Assembly: GCF_001194135.2 (NCBI RefSeq)
Contig: NC_068982.1
Span: forward strand, 89,459,379-89,501,528
DNA from: Octopus bimaculoides
Taxonomy: Eukaryota
Reading direction: 5' to 3'
DNA: 42,150 nt
In this document: positions 12,471-25,425 of the stretch, one piece after another
How the letters are laid out: every line of letters starts with the position of its first letter
Numbering within the stretch: position 1 is the stretch's first letter
Position numbers and translations under genes: made by a program
The notes under the pieces: model-generated
What the model was told of the DNA's origin: nothing
The model's input: the letters and a program-made list of their open reading frames with translations, nothing else
The model's database searches: none

Positions 12471-12817
12471 TTAGTAGGTGCATGGCTCAGTGGTTAGTGC
12501 ATTGAGCTTATGATCGTGAGGTGGTGAGTTCGATTCCTGGACCAGGCTGCATGTTGTGTTCTTGAGCGAGACACTTTATTTCACATTGCTCCAGATCACT
12601 CAGCTGTAGAAATGAGTTGCAACATCACTGGTGCCAAGCTATCAGCATTTGCCTTTCTCTTGGATAACATCAGTGGTGTGGAGAGGGAAGGATGGTATGC
12701 ATGGGTGACTGCTGGCCTTCCATAAACAACCTTGCCTGGACTTGTGCCTCGGAGGGTAACTTTCTAGGTGCAATCCCATGGTCATTTATGACCGAAGGGG
12801 GTCTCCTTAGTAGGTGC
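12471..12817 (+). mobile_element. tRNA-derived SINE, family B, with 11-bp target-site duplication
   Basis: A-box-like TGGCTCAGTGG, B-box GTTCGATTCC, central GTGTTCTTGAGCGAGACACT motif. TTAGTAGGTGC is present at 12471-12481 and 12807-12817. Inserted into the R4/Dong relic. Confidence 0.9.
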
Positions 12818-14396
12818 TAAATAATTCTAAGTTTTTACAGATAACTTTATGAATAAACCTGTTCTTTTTATTTAACCTTGGTTTAATCAAACGTCTTCAA
12901 ATTAACTCATTCTAGGGTCTCTCATTCCTTACACAACTCAGATTTTCCAGGATCTCTACTGGCTCATTGTTAAGGCTGTTCACATCAATTTCTTTTTCTT
13001 CTTACATGCTTCTGTTTGCCATTGTTTTAAATGCCAAGATTGTGTTTCCTACTTAGCTATGTTGATTGCACACTTCTGATACTCTTCAGAGTTATTGTCA
13101 TGCATATGGCTTTGCTATGTTGGTTCTTGTACTTCATGGTCGATCTTTCTATGTATTTCTTCAGTTTTCAAGTCAGTGAGATATTGTCCATTCCTATATT
13201 TGGTTTGCTAGCTGTTGTTCATTGAGTTTAATCACTCTCACATCATTTCAAATGTTCAACATTCTTATCCAGAATCCTTCATTCCTTGGTTCTTTTCTTA
13301 AATAACATTCCATTGCTATCTTGTTGATTTCCTTTTTTTACACTTTTTGCACTGAAGTTACACTATGGCTAGCTCTGTGCTACAAAACACCTACTGAATG
13401 AAAAATCTTTGCTTGAAGTTCCCATCTCATTCATGCAGTTATTTAGTCTGACATAATGCACTCATATGCAAACAGTTACTGCTTTTTTATTGTTATCAAA
13501 ATACCATCTCTATGTAGGTTGTCAGGTTTCATAATGGTGTCTTGATAAAATGCCTAAAGAAATTCTCTGCCCATTGAAGCAAATTTAACCCTGTCTATGA
13601 TCAGGGGTTTCAGTAAGACAGCATTTCTAGAAAGGTTGTCAACAAGACTTAAAAAAGCCTTTCCCAGCCACATGCTTTTGCGTTCAGTTCCATTACACTG
13701 CACTACAAGTGTCTCTTACTATCTTCAGGCTGAGAAAAGCCTTAAAAATGAATTTGGTGGTTTGAGACTGAAAGAATAATGTGCATGTATTTGTTTACAT
13801 CTGCAATTGCTTGTAGAAAAGTGTGGCATTCAGTGTTGTTGTTACTTTTCCTCTCGCTTCACAAGAGATAAGACCTACTTTTGCCTGTCTCTCATCATAG
13901 CTCCTTTCTCCAGCGTTCACTACTTCACCTCATTATGGCTTAACAGCTCTCGACATTTGTTTTTACTGTTTTGTTCTTACTGTCCTGTTTTTGTTAGCAC
14001 TTTAACCCTCCACAAAAATTCCAAACTTTATTTAATTTGCTGTGCGGGAAGGACTCTTTTAACAAAGTCGCATCTTGTCCCTACATTCGAAACACAGAGT
14101 AGATAAAACAGGGGACAACTGATGAAGGGATTGTTCTTTATGTTGCATGTCTCGTTTCTCTATTTGTTTCTTTCGTTGTCCCCCCCCCCAAAGTTTGTTT
14201 TCTATGTTTTTGCTTTTTAATGTTCTTGTTTTTCATTTTGTTCATGTCTTTTTGATTTCCTGTACCTAAATATGCATGTATATATACATATACATGTAGG
14301 TATGTACATATAGGTATTTATATATGCATATATGTATATACATATTATTTATATTATATGATTGAATGCCACGCTTCTATTTCCAAGTAAGTTTTA

Positions 14397-14451
<55 letters not shown>

Positions 14452-14984
14452 NNNNNNNNNNAAAATTCTGTCTGTCCATCTGGGACCCCTGTATCTCAGT
14501 CTACATTTGCTCTACATAGACATATACCATTTTGGAATCAGGCTGATCCCGGGATTGAAAATCTGTTCTTCCTTTTGTTCTTGAACATCCAGCATTGGGA
14601 TGTGATTTAAAAGCATTTGGGTTGCTATTTCTAGCAGGTAAAGCTTGGCTGATTCTTGCCATCTTAGTTGGTGTTAGATGACGTCAGATCAGAGATCAAG
14701 TGAGAGATAACGACATTCGCTATGTTAATTTTACATCAAGATAAGAACTTTGGGACAAATTGGCCAACAGCTGGAATTCAACTTGGGATTGGAACAATAG
14801 AATGATTGCATTACAGAATTAATTCTCATCCATCCTTAATCTCTGATTAAACACCACCAGGGTATATAGTCATTATAAACGTATTATAGTCATACTATTT
14901 AGCTGTCTTTAGTTTTGGGCTGCAGGGTCAATTAACCCTCTTCAGGAGTTAGCTTAAAAGTCCACACGGAGTGTGGCTTTTAAG

Positions 14985-15019
<35 letters not shown>

Positions 15020-15225
15020 TGCTTTGACCTACAGACTCATAAAACCAGAGCTTATCCACATTTTCCAAGTGTTTTGGTAACTGAGATTACAAGATTCTCT
15101 TGCACACGACCCAGTTCAATGCAAGTTAACCCCCAGATAATGGTGTTGGTACTCATTTTCAGCTCTGTGAACCCAACATCTAACTACAATGCCAAGCACC
15201 ATGCTATATATATATATATATATAT

Positions 15226-15424
15226 AGGTTTCCAGAAATTATAAGAAAAGATCAGTTGATTACATCATCCACCAGTTCTTGACTTCTGTTTTCTATATTG
15301 ACCTTAGAAGGGCAAAAGATAAGACTATTACGAGTAGGAGTTGAACTCAGAATGTAGATGAGATGAAATCAAATGATGTGTGGCAGTTTTGTCTACTATT
15401 CTAATAAATTTGTCACCTTCATCC
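15226..15424 (-). mobile_element. SINE family A (decayed)
   Basis: Reverse-complement B-box (GAGTTGAACTCAGAATGT) and family A body. Confidence 0.6.
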
Positions 15425-15557
15425 AGATTGCATATATATGAGTGAACCTTTAAAGAAAGGAAGTAAATTGTCAAGTATTTTTATTGTAATAATTTTGTAT
15501 TAATAATTTAAGAGAAAATATTTCTGGTGTAGTCTGCACATTTAGAANNNNNNNNNN

Positions 15558-15751
15558 TATATGTATATAAATAATATTATGACCATATGATAACAATTAT
15601 TTTCCAGTTGCATACATTATATATATGAGTGTGCACGTATGGGTGTATGCACATATGTGTGTATATAATAATATATACATACGTACATACATGTATACAT
15701 ACATATGTGAAAGCAAGTACACACATGTGTATGTATGTGTGCATACATATA

Positions 15752-15795
<44 letters not shown>

Positions 15796-16170
15796 GTGTA
15801 TATACATATATATATTGTGTGTGCATGTGTGTGTGTGTGTGCATAGCTGTACACTTATATACATACTCTTCATCAGTCATGCACACTGGTGTGTGCATGC
15901 ATATAAATATCATCTCAAAAAATGGAGAAAATAGATCTTGTGTTTACACATCATTGCTAAATTAGATACACACACACACATATATATATGTATACATACA
16001 CACACATATATTACACATACATATATATATATGAATATATATATATTAATTTTCAGTCTTGTGTTCCCTATAGTACTTTGTACATATTGTCAATATATTA
16101 ACAAGAGTAACAACAACAACAACAACATCATCAACAACAACATAATCATCTTCATCATCGTCATCATCAT
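15558..16170. repeat. (TA)n/(TG)n/(CA)n/(AAC)n/(CAT)n simple-repeat block
   Basis: Directly visible; source of the overlapping YI/CV/HT-rich ORFs. Confidence 0.9.
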
Positions 16171-17221
16171 CATACAAAAGGCAGATAAAAAATTGTTTTA
16201 TGAAACGATTGATTTGACAAAATCTCAGGTTCGCTTTTCTGACTGCAAACATTTTGATAGAAATAAGATGAAACATTATAAATAGTTGAATAATAATATT
16301 ACTTCCAAATTTTGATGATTTTTAAAAGTTTTTTCTTCTCAAAAAAAGTTTATTTAGAGATAAAAAAAATATTCAATATTTTTTTGATTTTTTTTTTAAA
16401 TTTAATTTTTTATTTTTATGTGATGAAAAAAATTGTCTGTTATTTATGCCACAAAATTTATTTCTTGTTTGGATGTACTTGAAAATAAGGCTGCTTTTCA
16501 AGGGACTGAATTGTTTTTTATATTTCTTGTTTTTTACCAAAATTCTTCCATTCTTTTTTTATGCATTTTTAAAATATTTTGTTTAATTTTTTTCACATTT
16601 TTTGAGTTTTTGTTAGTTTTTGTTGTATATGTTTATTTGATCTTCCCTTTCACCATCTCATTAAATATTTCTAATACATACCAGATATTGTAAAATTTTC
16701 TAAATCATTCACTTTTAGTTTCTTTGTAGCTTTTGGCTTATGTAAGTTGAAGACCACAAAATGTGTAGGATAAGATGAGGGTATGTTATGATCATAAATG
16801 CAGCATAAATGAAATAGGAATGGCTTCTATCAGGAACTGAAACTGATTTTGTCGACTCAACTTGCTAGGAGCTGACCTCTAACCATACCACCCATAAAAA
16901 AAATCCTTTCCCTCTTTTATGTCTTTTATTCTCATATTTATGAAAGATTGAGTTTAAGAGTGAGGAAAAAGAGGAGAGAGTATGTTTGTGTATATGAAAA
17001 CCTATTTGTGTCTTTGGGTATTTGTGTGTGTTCTTATTCTTATTTAGATAATTGGAGATTCAAAATACTTTAAAAAGTCAAATTCATTTATAGTGTCATA
17101 AGGATTCAGTGTGAATGTTTTGCATCTAGACTAAGCATTGTTCTTTAGTTTACATAGACATCCTTTTTTTGATTTTACTCACACAAACATACGTTCAATT
17201 ATTTTCAAATGATTAGACTAT

Positions 17222-17264
17222 GCTTCACTAATGAGGCCTAATATGACTGAAACATGTCCGGAGT
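17222..17264 (+). ncRNA. Decayed Penelope-type minimal hammerhead ribozyme motif
   Basis: GCTTCA (stem I) CTAATGA (core, G5>A) GGCC-TAATAT-GACT (stem II) GAAA CATGTC (palindromic ACAUGU, C17) CGGAGT (stem I'). The deviations are mostly transitions. Confidence 0.6.
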
Positions 17265-19169
17265 TGTCACCATACTGTCAAAAGATCAGACACGCTTCCC
17301 ACTGCATTGTATTTTTAATTAATTTAAATTCCAGTGGTTGTCTTCCTTTTCTATCTTTATCAGAGTTGATCGTGTAGATGATTTTTGTTCCTTTCAATAT
17401 AGATGTTATTTCAATTTAAATTTTGTGGCTCATAGTGTGAAGTATGTTAGTGACTTCATTACTAATTATTTTAAAGCAAAAGCCAAACTTATAAGTTAAA
17501 ATTCTGTTTCATTTTATTTACTTACAAACTTTTTTTTATATGATTATGATTAGAAGTGCAAATAAGAGTTATTTTTAGTATTTATACTTTCTCACAATGG
17601 TATATAACTTTTTGGTTTGGCAATCTAAACAGTTTTACTTCTTGTGCCTTCACAGCCTTCATTGCAAGCTGATGTAGCTCTCTATCACAATAATGAGAAA
17701 TAGAGCTAAATTCATTAGCTTTTGTTCATATATATTCCATTGGTAGCTTGAGATAATTTTAATAGTACATATTCTGTAAAACTATTGCAAATAAATATAA
17801 TGGATCCATCTGAATGGGATCTTGAATCTGCCCTTGATCATAAGGAATTAGATGGATACTTATAAGCTCTCGAATTCCATGATTATTTTAAATATCTAAT
17901 TATCTCCCTTTGTCACTGCCCATTTAGTCATTTTTATTTTATGGGAAAAGTGAAATACAACAAATTAGGAGTGATATAAATGATTAAAACCCTTTAGTGT
18001 GGTGCCACTACTGCATGGCTGCAGTCCAATGATCGAAAGCAGTAAAATGAAAATAAAAGAATTGGAAACCTAAAGTCTGAAGCCTAGGTGGCCCAAAATC
18101 TCTGCAAGTTTTAAACTACATGAAATTAATATAAGAATATATCACAAGACAATGCAGTTGGAACAGTGTAAGCTCAGAGCTTCACTTGCTACAGATACAA
18201 CAAACAATCTTAGTTGATATATGACATTTACAGCAGAAATTATGTTCAGAAAGGAACTATTTGCAGATAAAGCAAATAACAACTTGAAGGACACATGCAA
18301 AATATTGATTGTATTTCACATACCAATTTAGTCAGTGAATTATTTATATTAAATGCCATTTAAATTAGTTATGGAAGATACATTCAAAGAAGGTCTCCAA
18401 AACAATGTGCATGCTACCTTACTCTGGAATCAGTTTTTTGCCTACGTATAAGTAAATCAGTTATTAGCTTCCAACTCTTAGAAGAGACAATTTATGCTAA
18501 TGCAATTAATAGCTCCATCTTTCATCTGTTGGGAAGCATCTGATATTATATACAAAGACTAGTATAATTAGACTTACAAGTTCTATCTTTAACATTAGCC
18601 AGTCAAAGAAGCAGGGACTTTATTAATAAAGATGTGCCATGACAAGCTGTCACAGTTCTTTTGATGTCTTTTACATAAGAGCAGAATCTATATATGCCAC
18701 TACTGGTTAATTAGCATGAAAGAGGTCTATCAATTTACTTTCAATAAAATCTTCTGTCTGAAAAGGGACATTTATATTAAAAAGTTTCTTAGAAACCTTA
18801 TCAAATTATTAATGTACAGCAAGCTAAACGAAACCCTTATTTATTTTCTTTCCATTTTTCCATGTTATGGTTGGAATAGATTTTGAAAGGTTTTTGAGAT
18901 TTTCGCTTTATTGAAATGACTTGCTACAGCTTGATACCATTCTTAACACTATCCACTCAGCAGTGAAAAGAATGTAGCACATATCTCAAGGATGGAAGCT
19001 AGCTTATATTTCTTGAAACATTATTTTATAACTATTCAAAGTCCAGAGTTATATTTATTCAGGTTCGTCTTATTTTGTAAACCCTTTGTTTGTATATTTT
19101 TTTTGGGTTTTTTTTTGTGTTTCTTATTAGTTTTGGTCTGAAGGAAGGAACTGTTCCCATGATCATTGC

Positions 19170-19250
19170 AGACCTCCACAACCAATGACATCAAGCCAAT
19201 AACATTCTTTTTGGACAGTTCCAAGTTGACAGCTGCAGAAAAAAAGTGCA
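19170..19250 (+). mobile_element. Possible gypsy RNase H scrap
   Basis: Reads NDIKPITFFLDSSKLTAAEKKC, resembling RPIAFFSKKL..AEKNY; flanked by stop codons. Confidence 0.3.
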
Positions 19251-19844
19251 GGGGATGAAATCCAAGGGAAAGATGTTGATATAAAGCAGGCAGCAAACGT
19301 GATGGTTAATTTCAACTAGATTCAATATTGACATTGTAAACAAACTCAAGGCCTCAAGGATGGAGGGTGGGGGTAGGGAGAACAAGGAGCGGGGTAGTTT
19401 GATGTGAAGGCAAGGGTCTTTTTAGGACATAAGCAGTGCCAGTGAGGTGAATTATTTTCAAATGGAAATTGAAATGATGTCACACATTGAGATCTTACCT
19501 CTTATTCCTATGGGTTCATTCCAACTATATATTATATTACCAAAATAAAATGCATTTCACATTTTAAGGGGCATAAACTATATCACAAGCAGCTAATATT
19601 ATCATTTTTAAAAGTTGTTAATTAGATAAGAATATAAACTGAATCTTTAGAAATAAAAGTTTTGCAATATTCTTTTTATGCCATTATTTTTTAATGGCTT
19701 TGTTCATTGGACTGTGGCTATGTTGGGGGACTACCTACAAGAGTTTGTATCAAATCTGGTACATTATTTCAGTCTGGTATTTATCTTATCAATTTCTATT
19801 TGTGCAGCCACTAGGTTGCAAAACATAAACACACACACACACAC

Positions 19845-19975
19845 ACACACTGAGCTTCAGCAAAGTTTCCAGCAATCAAATTTCCATTTACAAGGTATTA
19901 ATCAGCCTGGACCTACTATAGCAAATACCTGCTCAAGGTGCAGTACAACGAGATTGAACCCTAGAACCATGTGAT
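19845..19975 (-). mobile_element. SINE family C (decayed), with CA-repeat tail
   Basis: Similar to 36755-36921 and 38275-38435 (ACAAGG..TTGGTCAG.C...CTATAG...ACCTGCTCAAGGTG...GATTGAAC). Confidence 0.65.
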
Positions 19976-20057
19976 GGTGTTAAACTGGGTGACAGTTTAT
20001 GTCTACCTCCATTTAATTTATTAGCATTATCATTGTTACTATTACTAACATAATTAT

Positions 20058-20625
20058 AGGAATGGTGGAAACAGTAAAGCACAAGACCAAATATAATCTA
20101 TTGTCATTCTCTGCTTTGACTTAATGGTATTATTTTGTCATTAATTGTTCAGAGTTCAAATCCTCCCAAAGTGACTTTTACATTTCATCTGTCAAGGGTT
20201 GATAAAATAACCATTAATAATGTACTAGATTTGATTTAATCTACTGTACTCCAAACCTAATTTAAACAATAAATTTTTATCTTTATTAAAGATATTATTG
20301 ATATGAAAGGAATAGGCAAAACAAAAATAGTTAAAAGTAAAAATAGTTTTTATAACTTTCATAATTATTTATATTATTTCTCTTAATTTTAAATGATTAT
20401 GGCAGTAGCAGAAATGGTAAAGCACCAGACTAAATGCCTTAAAGTATTTAATTTTGCCCTTATTTTCTGAGTTCAAATCCCGTTGAGGATGACTTTGTAA
20501 TTCTTTGACATTTGATTAAAAATATATATGAAACATGAACTGGAGTGGTAGTGGGAGATCAGATCATTCAATTTCCTATACCCCTTCTGCTACAAATATG
20601 TGGCCTTGATTCAATATGAGAACCC
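20058..20625 (+). mobile_element. Two adjacent decayed family A SINEs (~20058-20260 and ~20399-20625)
   Basis: Each has GAGTTCAAATCC (B-box) followed by GACTTT and a family A-like head (GGCAG.A..GGTAAAGCAC). Confidence 0.65.
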
Positions 20626-21299
20626 TTTATTTTCATCATTATATCTCATCATGATCATTATCATCACCATTTAAATTGAGCACTCTGTAAATATTGATGA
20701 TGGACCCTGGGAATACCTTTATGAAGACACACATGTATAATGCTAGAAATACAACAGATGGATATTTTTCTAGCTACATGCCATACTTAATTAGATATTC
20801 CAGAAGAGCCAGCATTCTATTATTTGTCAGTAAACACCAGTTAGTTGGCAGACTCTTTCACATACATCATTAATAATTTAATTTCGTTTGATTTAATTTC
20901 TTGATATTAACACAAATAAATTTATTGATTTTATCAATAAAATCCAAGAAATTTGGTTTCTATATATTCTTAAAAATTTAGATAAGATCAATATATATAT
21001 TTAGGGTTTATTTATATATATTGCTGTGTAGCTGTTATGGTGTATGTGGCTGAGTATGGTGGTTCCAATGAGCTTTGTTGCAATCAGAAAAAAAAAAATA
21101 GATAGAATAAAACAAAATAAAAATCATTTCACTTGGTTCTATACGGGTGATTTGAAAAGATCAATATTGATAGTAATGGATTACTTTTAAAAATAGTTAA
21201 AAGGTAAGTACATTTACATGATTTTTGTTTTTGCAAACAGCTGTCAATTTTGTTCTATTTTTGTTTTCTTTAGCTTTCATTTTTCTTTTGTTTCATGCA

Positions 21300-21720
21300 A
21301 TATGCAAAATGTGTGTGTCTGTGTGCATGTATATGCAGATATGTATGTGCTTGTTATATATATATGTATATATACAAAACAATGCCTTATGTGTGTATAT
21401 ATAGAGATAGATATACAAACGAACATACAAATATATGAATACACATATATTCATAAGAAAAACCATAATTATTGATATATTTCTAGCTAATACTGATATA
21501 TCATATATGCATTTATCATGTGTACATATAAATTATTTACAATGAGCTGTGTTTTTATGTGTGTGCTTGTATGTATGTATGTATGTATGTATATATACAT
21601 ATATATGTAATGCATATATATATATAGTATACACACATACACATGTTCACATCCATGTACATTATATATAAATACATATATATATGCACATAAACATGTA
21701 TATATATGTGCATACACATG

Positions 21721-21766
<46 letters not shown>

Positions 21767-21815
21767 TTATTGTATGTGTGCATGTGTATATATATAAATA
21801 CACACACACACACAA
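21300..21815. repeat. (TG)n/(TA)n/(TATG)n simple-repeat block
   Basis: Directly visible. Confidence 0.9.
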
Positions 21816-22709
21816 TATATTATTTTAGCTCTTTCCCATGTAACAAATAATGTTCATTATCACTGCACATATATTATCTTTAACCCCTGTTACTCTGTGC
21901 AGTTCACTGGATTATCTGAATATCAAACAATATCCACAGTCTCTTCATTTCTTTCTCATGATTTACATGATTTCATGGAATGGATTTAGCACACCATTTT
22001 CCCACTGAACAGCTTTTAGTAGTATTGTTCATTTTAGGTGGAAAATTTGAAAAAAAATTATATTCACTTTATTAATAACATTTCAACGTGTTTTTGAACA
22101 TTAGTAAAGAAAAATTTTTTTTTTTTTCTGATTTTTATTATTATTATTTTTTTTCCAATTTTAGCTATATGAAAATGACCACAACTGAAGACAAAAATCT
22201 GGTGGTGGAACTTGTGTTTCTGTTGGTCATAGTAATGGTTGTGGTTAGTAACAATAATTGTACTAATAGTAGTATTTATAGTAGTCATACTGCTACTCTT
22301 ACTAAGTAGTATTAGTAGTAGTAGCATTGGTGTATTTGTGGGAAATAAACCACTTCCTTTGCATAGGATTAGTAATGCGTACCAACTTGTTTAGACATTA
22401 CACACATATACATAAACACACTTGCACACATCCATCAACATATATGCATGTATGTATCTCTGTATGTACATGTAGATGAAATCAAAATAAATACAAGCTG
22501 GTATGTCTGTGACAATATATTGGGAAATATACTTTGAAATGTCTCCTTTTAATGAAGCCATTATTATTGTTATGTATTCATCAATTTCATTGTCATTAAT
22601 CATAATCAGCGACATTTTCACCATCATCTTTGACATCTCCATCGCAGTCATCACCATCAGCTTTGTCTCTGTTATCATAGTTGGGATTTTTGTATTCTAG
22701 ATGAAGCTT

Positions 22710-22879
22710 TCATTTAAATTTCAAGTTGAGTTTGTTGGAGATCTTTTTGAAGCGGGAAACAGAATGGCTTGAACGCTTCTCTAAAGAGGAACCACTCCCA
22801 CTGAGTTCAGCAGCACCGCCAAAATTGCTCCCATCACCTGTACAAGGGGATGGCCATCGAGTTATTTTCTGAAGAGATT
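22710..22879 (-). CDS. Terminal coding exon of an unidentified host gene: (E)SLQKITRWPSPCTGDGSNFGGAAELSGSGSSLEKRSSHSVSRFKKISNKLNLKFK*
   Basis: Acceptor TTTCTTTTTATATTCTACAG|AA. 170 nt = 2 + 56 codons ending TGA. GC- and CpG-richer than the flanks. Needs a phase-1 upstream donor, which the exon at 37570-37708 provides. Confidence 0.8.
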
Positions 22880-23292
22880 CTGTAGAATATAAAAAGAAAT
22901 TGAATATTAATATGTATATGTAATTATCTAAAATAATATATCAAGCAAAATGGATGAATAAACTGGAGATTATTTTTCTATATAAAATAATGTCAGTTAT
23001 TATAAACATTAACCTTGTAATAACAGGCTTGTTCTTTTCTGTCAAACGTTAGTGATTATATCAATAAATCAATCAATAAGACAATAAACAAACAATGATT
23101 TGAAAAATAAAAACAAAATATAAAAAAGCAAAAACCCAAAGCAGATCACGTAGCTTGTGTGTCATAATGATGAATAGTCATGAATAAGATCAAAGCCCCA
23201 TGCAATGAAAGACATGATCATGCTAAAAGTATAAATAATTTAATTTCCTAAGAAGCTGGCTAATATCCTTTCATTTATATATTTACTATACA

Positions 23293-23640
23293 TGGTGGTT
23301 GATGGCAGAATTGTCAGAACATTGAACTTTACTGTGTTCACTTACAATCTGTATTCCAATCCCACCAAGCTTACTTTGCTGCCCATTTTCCCAGGGGTGA
23401 TAAAATAAGTACCAGTCAAGTACTGAAATTGGTATAATTAACTTTTCCTTTCTCAAAATGTGTGGCCTTGTGCCTATGTTATTAGGATATATTAGGATAT
23501 ATTAGTAAAGGCCATAGGGTGGAAGAACTGGTAAAGAGTGGTACTAAATGCCTTATGGTATTTAGTTATGTCCCTTTATACTGTGAGTTCAAATTCTTGC
23601 CAAGTTCAGCTTTGCTTCACTTTCTTTCATGTTTGATAAA
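23293..23640 (+). mobile_element. Two decayed family A SINEs (~23293-23485 and ~23510-23640)
   Basis: GGGTGATAAAATAAGTACCAG...GTGGCCTTGTGCCTAT in the first; GAGTTCAAATTCTTG B-box in the second. Confidence 0.65.
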
Positions 23641-25019
23641 ATATGATTCTGATTCAATTCCTTGTTTCCTCCCACATCTTGTATGCTGCTAGTCTGGGAA
23701 AATGTTGTTTTACTGTAAAAGTGGCAGATTTACATGAATGGTAGAGAAAAGAACATGCAATATTTTGTTATTTTTCTTTAGGCTTTTGAATTCAGTTGTT
23801 TTTATGCTCATGTTTTTTTCTGCTTTGTGTGTAAGTCTCTATGTGGTCATTCAGCTTGCTAGAAATAGAAGCCACATCTCTATCAAATTACATCCAGCAT
23901 TTTAAAAGATAAAGGACATATTTGATAATACATTCTTGAATATCTGAAAGAAATAAAGACAAGGTGCTTATGGCTGGAACAACTTGATCATAGATCTAGT
24001 AAATCGGGGCCGGCTAAACAACAAAATTATCTTCTGTTTTGCAGGATTGACAAAATTAGTTGTATGAGTTGATTTTTTATTAACTACTGTCACTCCCCAC
24101 CACAAAAAAAAAAAAAGAAAAATGTTACCGCTCTACCAAAGTTAGTTGCTACTGGTCTGTAGTTGACAACCTTTTTGACATTGTAATGCACTGATGATTT
24201 AAAAAATGACTGGCACTTATTCACATGGTAAGTTTTGAAAACAAAAATATTTTAAAGTTAAAATTTAGAAAAAGAATATATTTAGTCATTAAACTCATGT
24301 GTAGCAGCATGGTTCAGATAATTTAATTTTTTTGTTCTGTCATAAAAGAAACAAAATGCCCAGCTTTGTTGTAGAGTGAAGTTTACTCTTGGTGACAGCA
24401 CAAAAGATTGAGTATCAAGTCAATTTTGACTTTGAGTAAGGTGGAAACGTCACCTGATGTGGTGGATTTACAAAGTTTTCTTATTGATATTTGATAGAAT
24501 ATGCTAAAAAATATGAATACAGATACTGCTAGTCATTTGAGAAGCCACCAATAGAATGAACAATAAAAGAATGGCAAAAACAGAAACAGTTACTTAGTGG
24601 ACAACTCATGACATAAATTTAAAGTGAATTTAATAGCTTTTTATTAAATGGCTTTTCCATGATGTAGTTATTCAGTTTCAACATATATTCTCAAGTATGG
24701 CTCCAAAACAAAAACATAAACAACTGAAATCTTTATCATGCACAAAATGCAATTTCCAGAATGGCATTGCTAAATGACCTAAATTGGAACGAAGAACAGA
24801 CATGGATATTTGATCCTAAAACATTTGGTGATGTTAGATCAACAAAGATTTTTATTTAATTAAGGAAAATTAGTGAAGCTCTACAAAATATTTTGTTAAT
24901 TCATGAGACATGAGCTACGTATGTGAATAAGAATAAAAATTGACCAGCAAATGTTCAGCAGTTATGATGAGGAGGCTATAGTTACTCATAGATTTATCGT
25001 TGAAGAAAGAGACCTAATT

Positions 25020-25125
25020 TTAAATTGGGATTGATATTCCAGCTACCAATAACTGCAGCTGCCTAAGGATCTAAAACCATTGCTGTCAAAGCTTCAGGGT
25101 ATCAAAACACACTGCACTGTTACTC
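25020..25125 (+). mobile_element. hAT transposase C-terminal (dimerisation domain) remnant
   Basis: IPATNNCSC followed, in a shifted frame, by LSKLQGIKTHC, resembling IPATSASSERSFSKLKLIKTYLR. Confidence 0.4.
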
Positions 25126-25425
25126 TTGCAATCACCACAGATAATTCTTTTAAAAGAGAAAAATGCCTTCTATGTATACATATGTTTTGCATATCAATAT
25201 TTTAATCTAATGTAGGTTTATGTGCATATACTAATTTAATTTTAGCATAGAGAGCTTTTTTCACATATCAGTGAATGTTTTTGTATTGAAATGAATATTT
25301 TTTTGGTTTATTTCAGAATAACCAGGAGTGTTCATTGCTCAGGAAATCAAATGAAGTCAAAACATCATGTCTGACAATCTGCCAACAACATTCTGAGCAA
25401 CATCTTTTTTTTTTTTTATTACATA

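Larger units (their letters stand above)
10206..13500 (-). mobile_element. Heavily decayed R4/Dong-like non-LTR retrotransposon with (TAA)n tail, interrupted by a microsatellite/N gap and a SINE
   Basis: Minus-strand fragments in the expected order: KEINKIAMECYL...NEQQLANQI (13150-13350); GKLKKEEKKSRLDEMYHVRRRGIRAKIEDL (~12200-12330); WEAAGEDLLHGYWLNMLTCL (~11890-11950); NNWPLICLSLM*NLLTRLIT (NYRPITCL-like); INHHLFMDYLKL (LFMDD-like, ~11265-11300); IKDILELEKTSLG (~10530-10570); (TAA)n at 10206-10222. Confidence 0.8.

Noticed and set aside
14110-14165. CTGATGA resembling a hammerhead core
   Set aside because: No stem II-GAAA follows; part of an unclassified interspersed repeat.
14679-14686. 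Perfect CRE palindrome TGACGTCA
   Set aside because: A single 8-mer with no promoter context; expected by chance in 42 kb.
18150-18330. SLATDTTN...YMTFTA resembling a hAT catalytic-Asp region
   Set aside because: Similarity too weak and interrupted to support a call.
15577-21815. Many 60-115 aa ORFs rich in YI/CV/HT
   Set aside because: Translations of (TA)n/(TG)n/(CA)n microsatellites in all frames; the same applies near 10800, 14400, 30700, 32700, 37000 and 38870.
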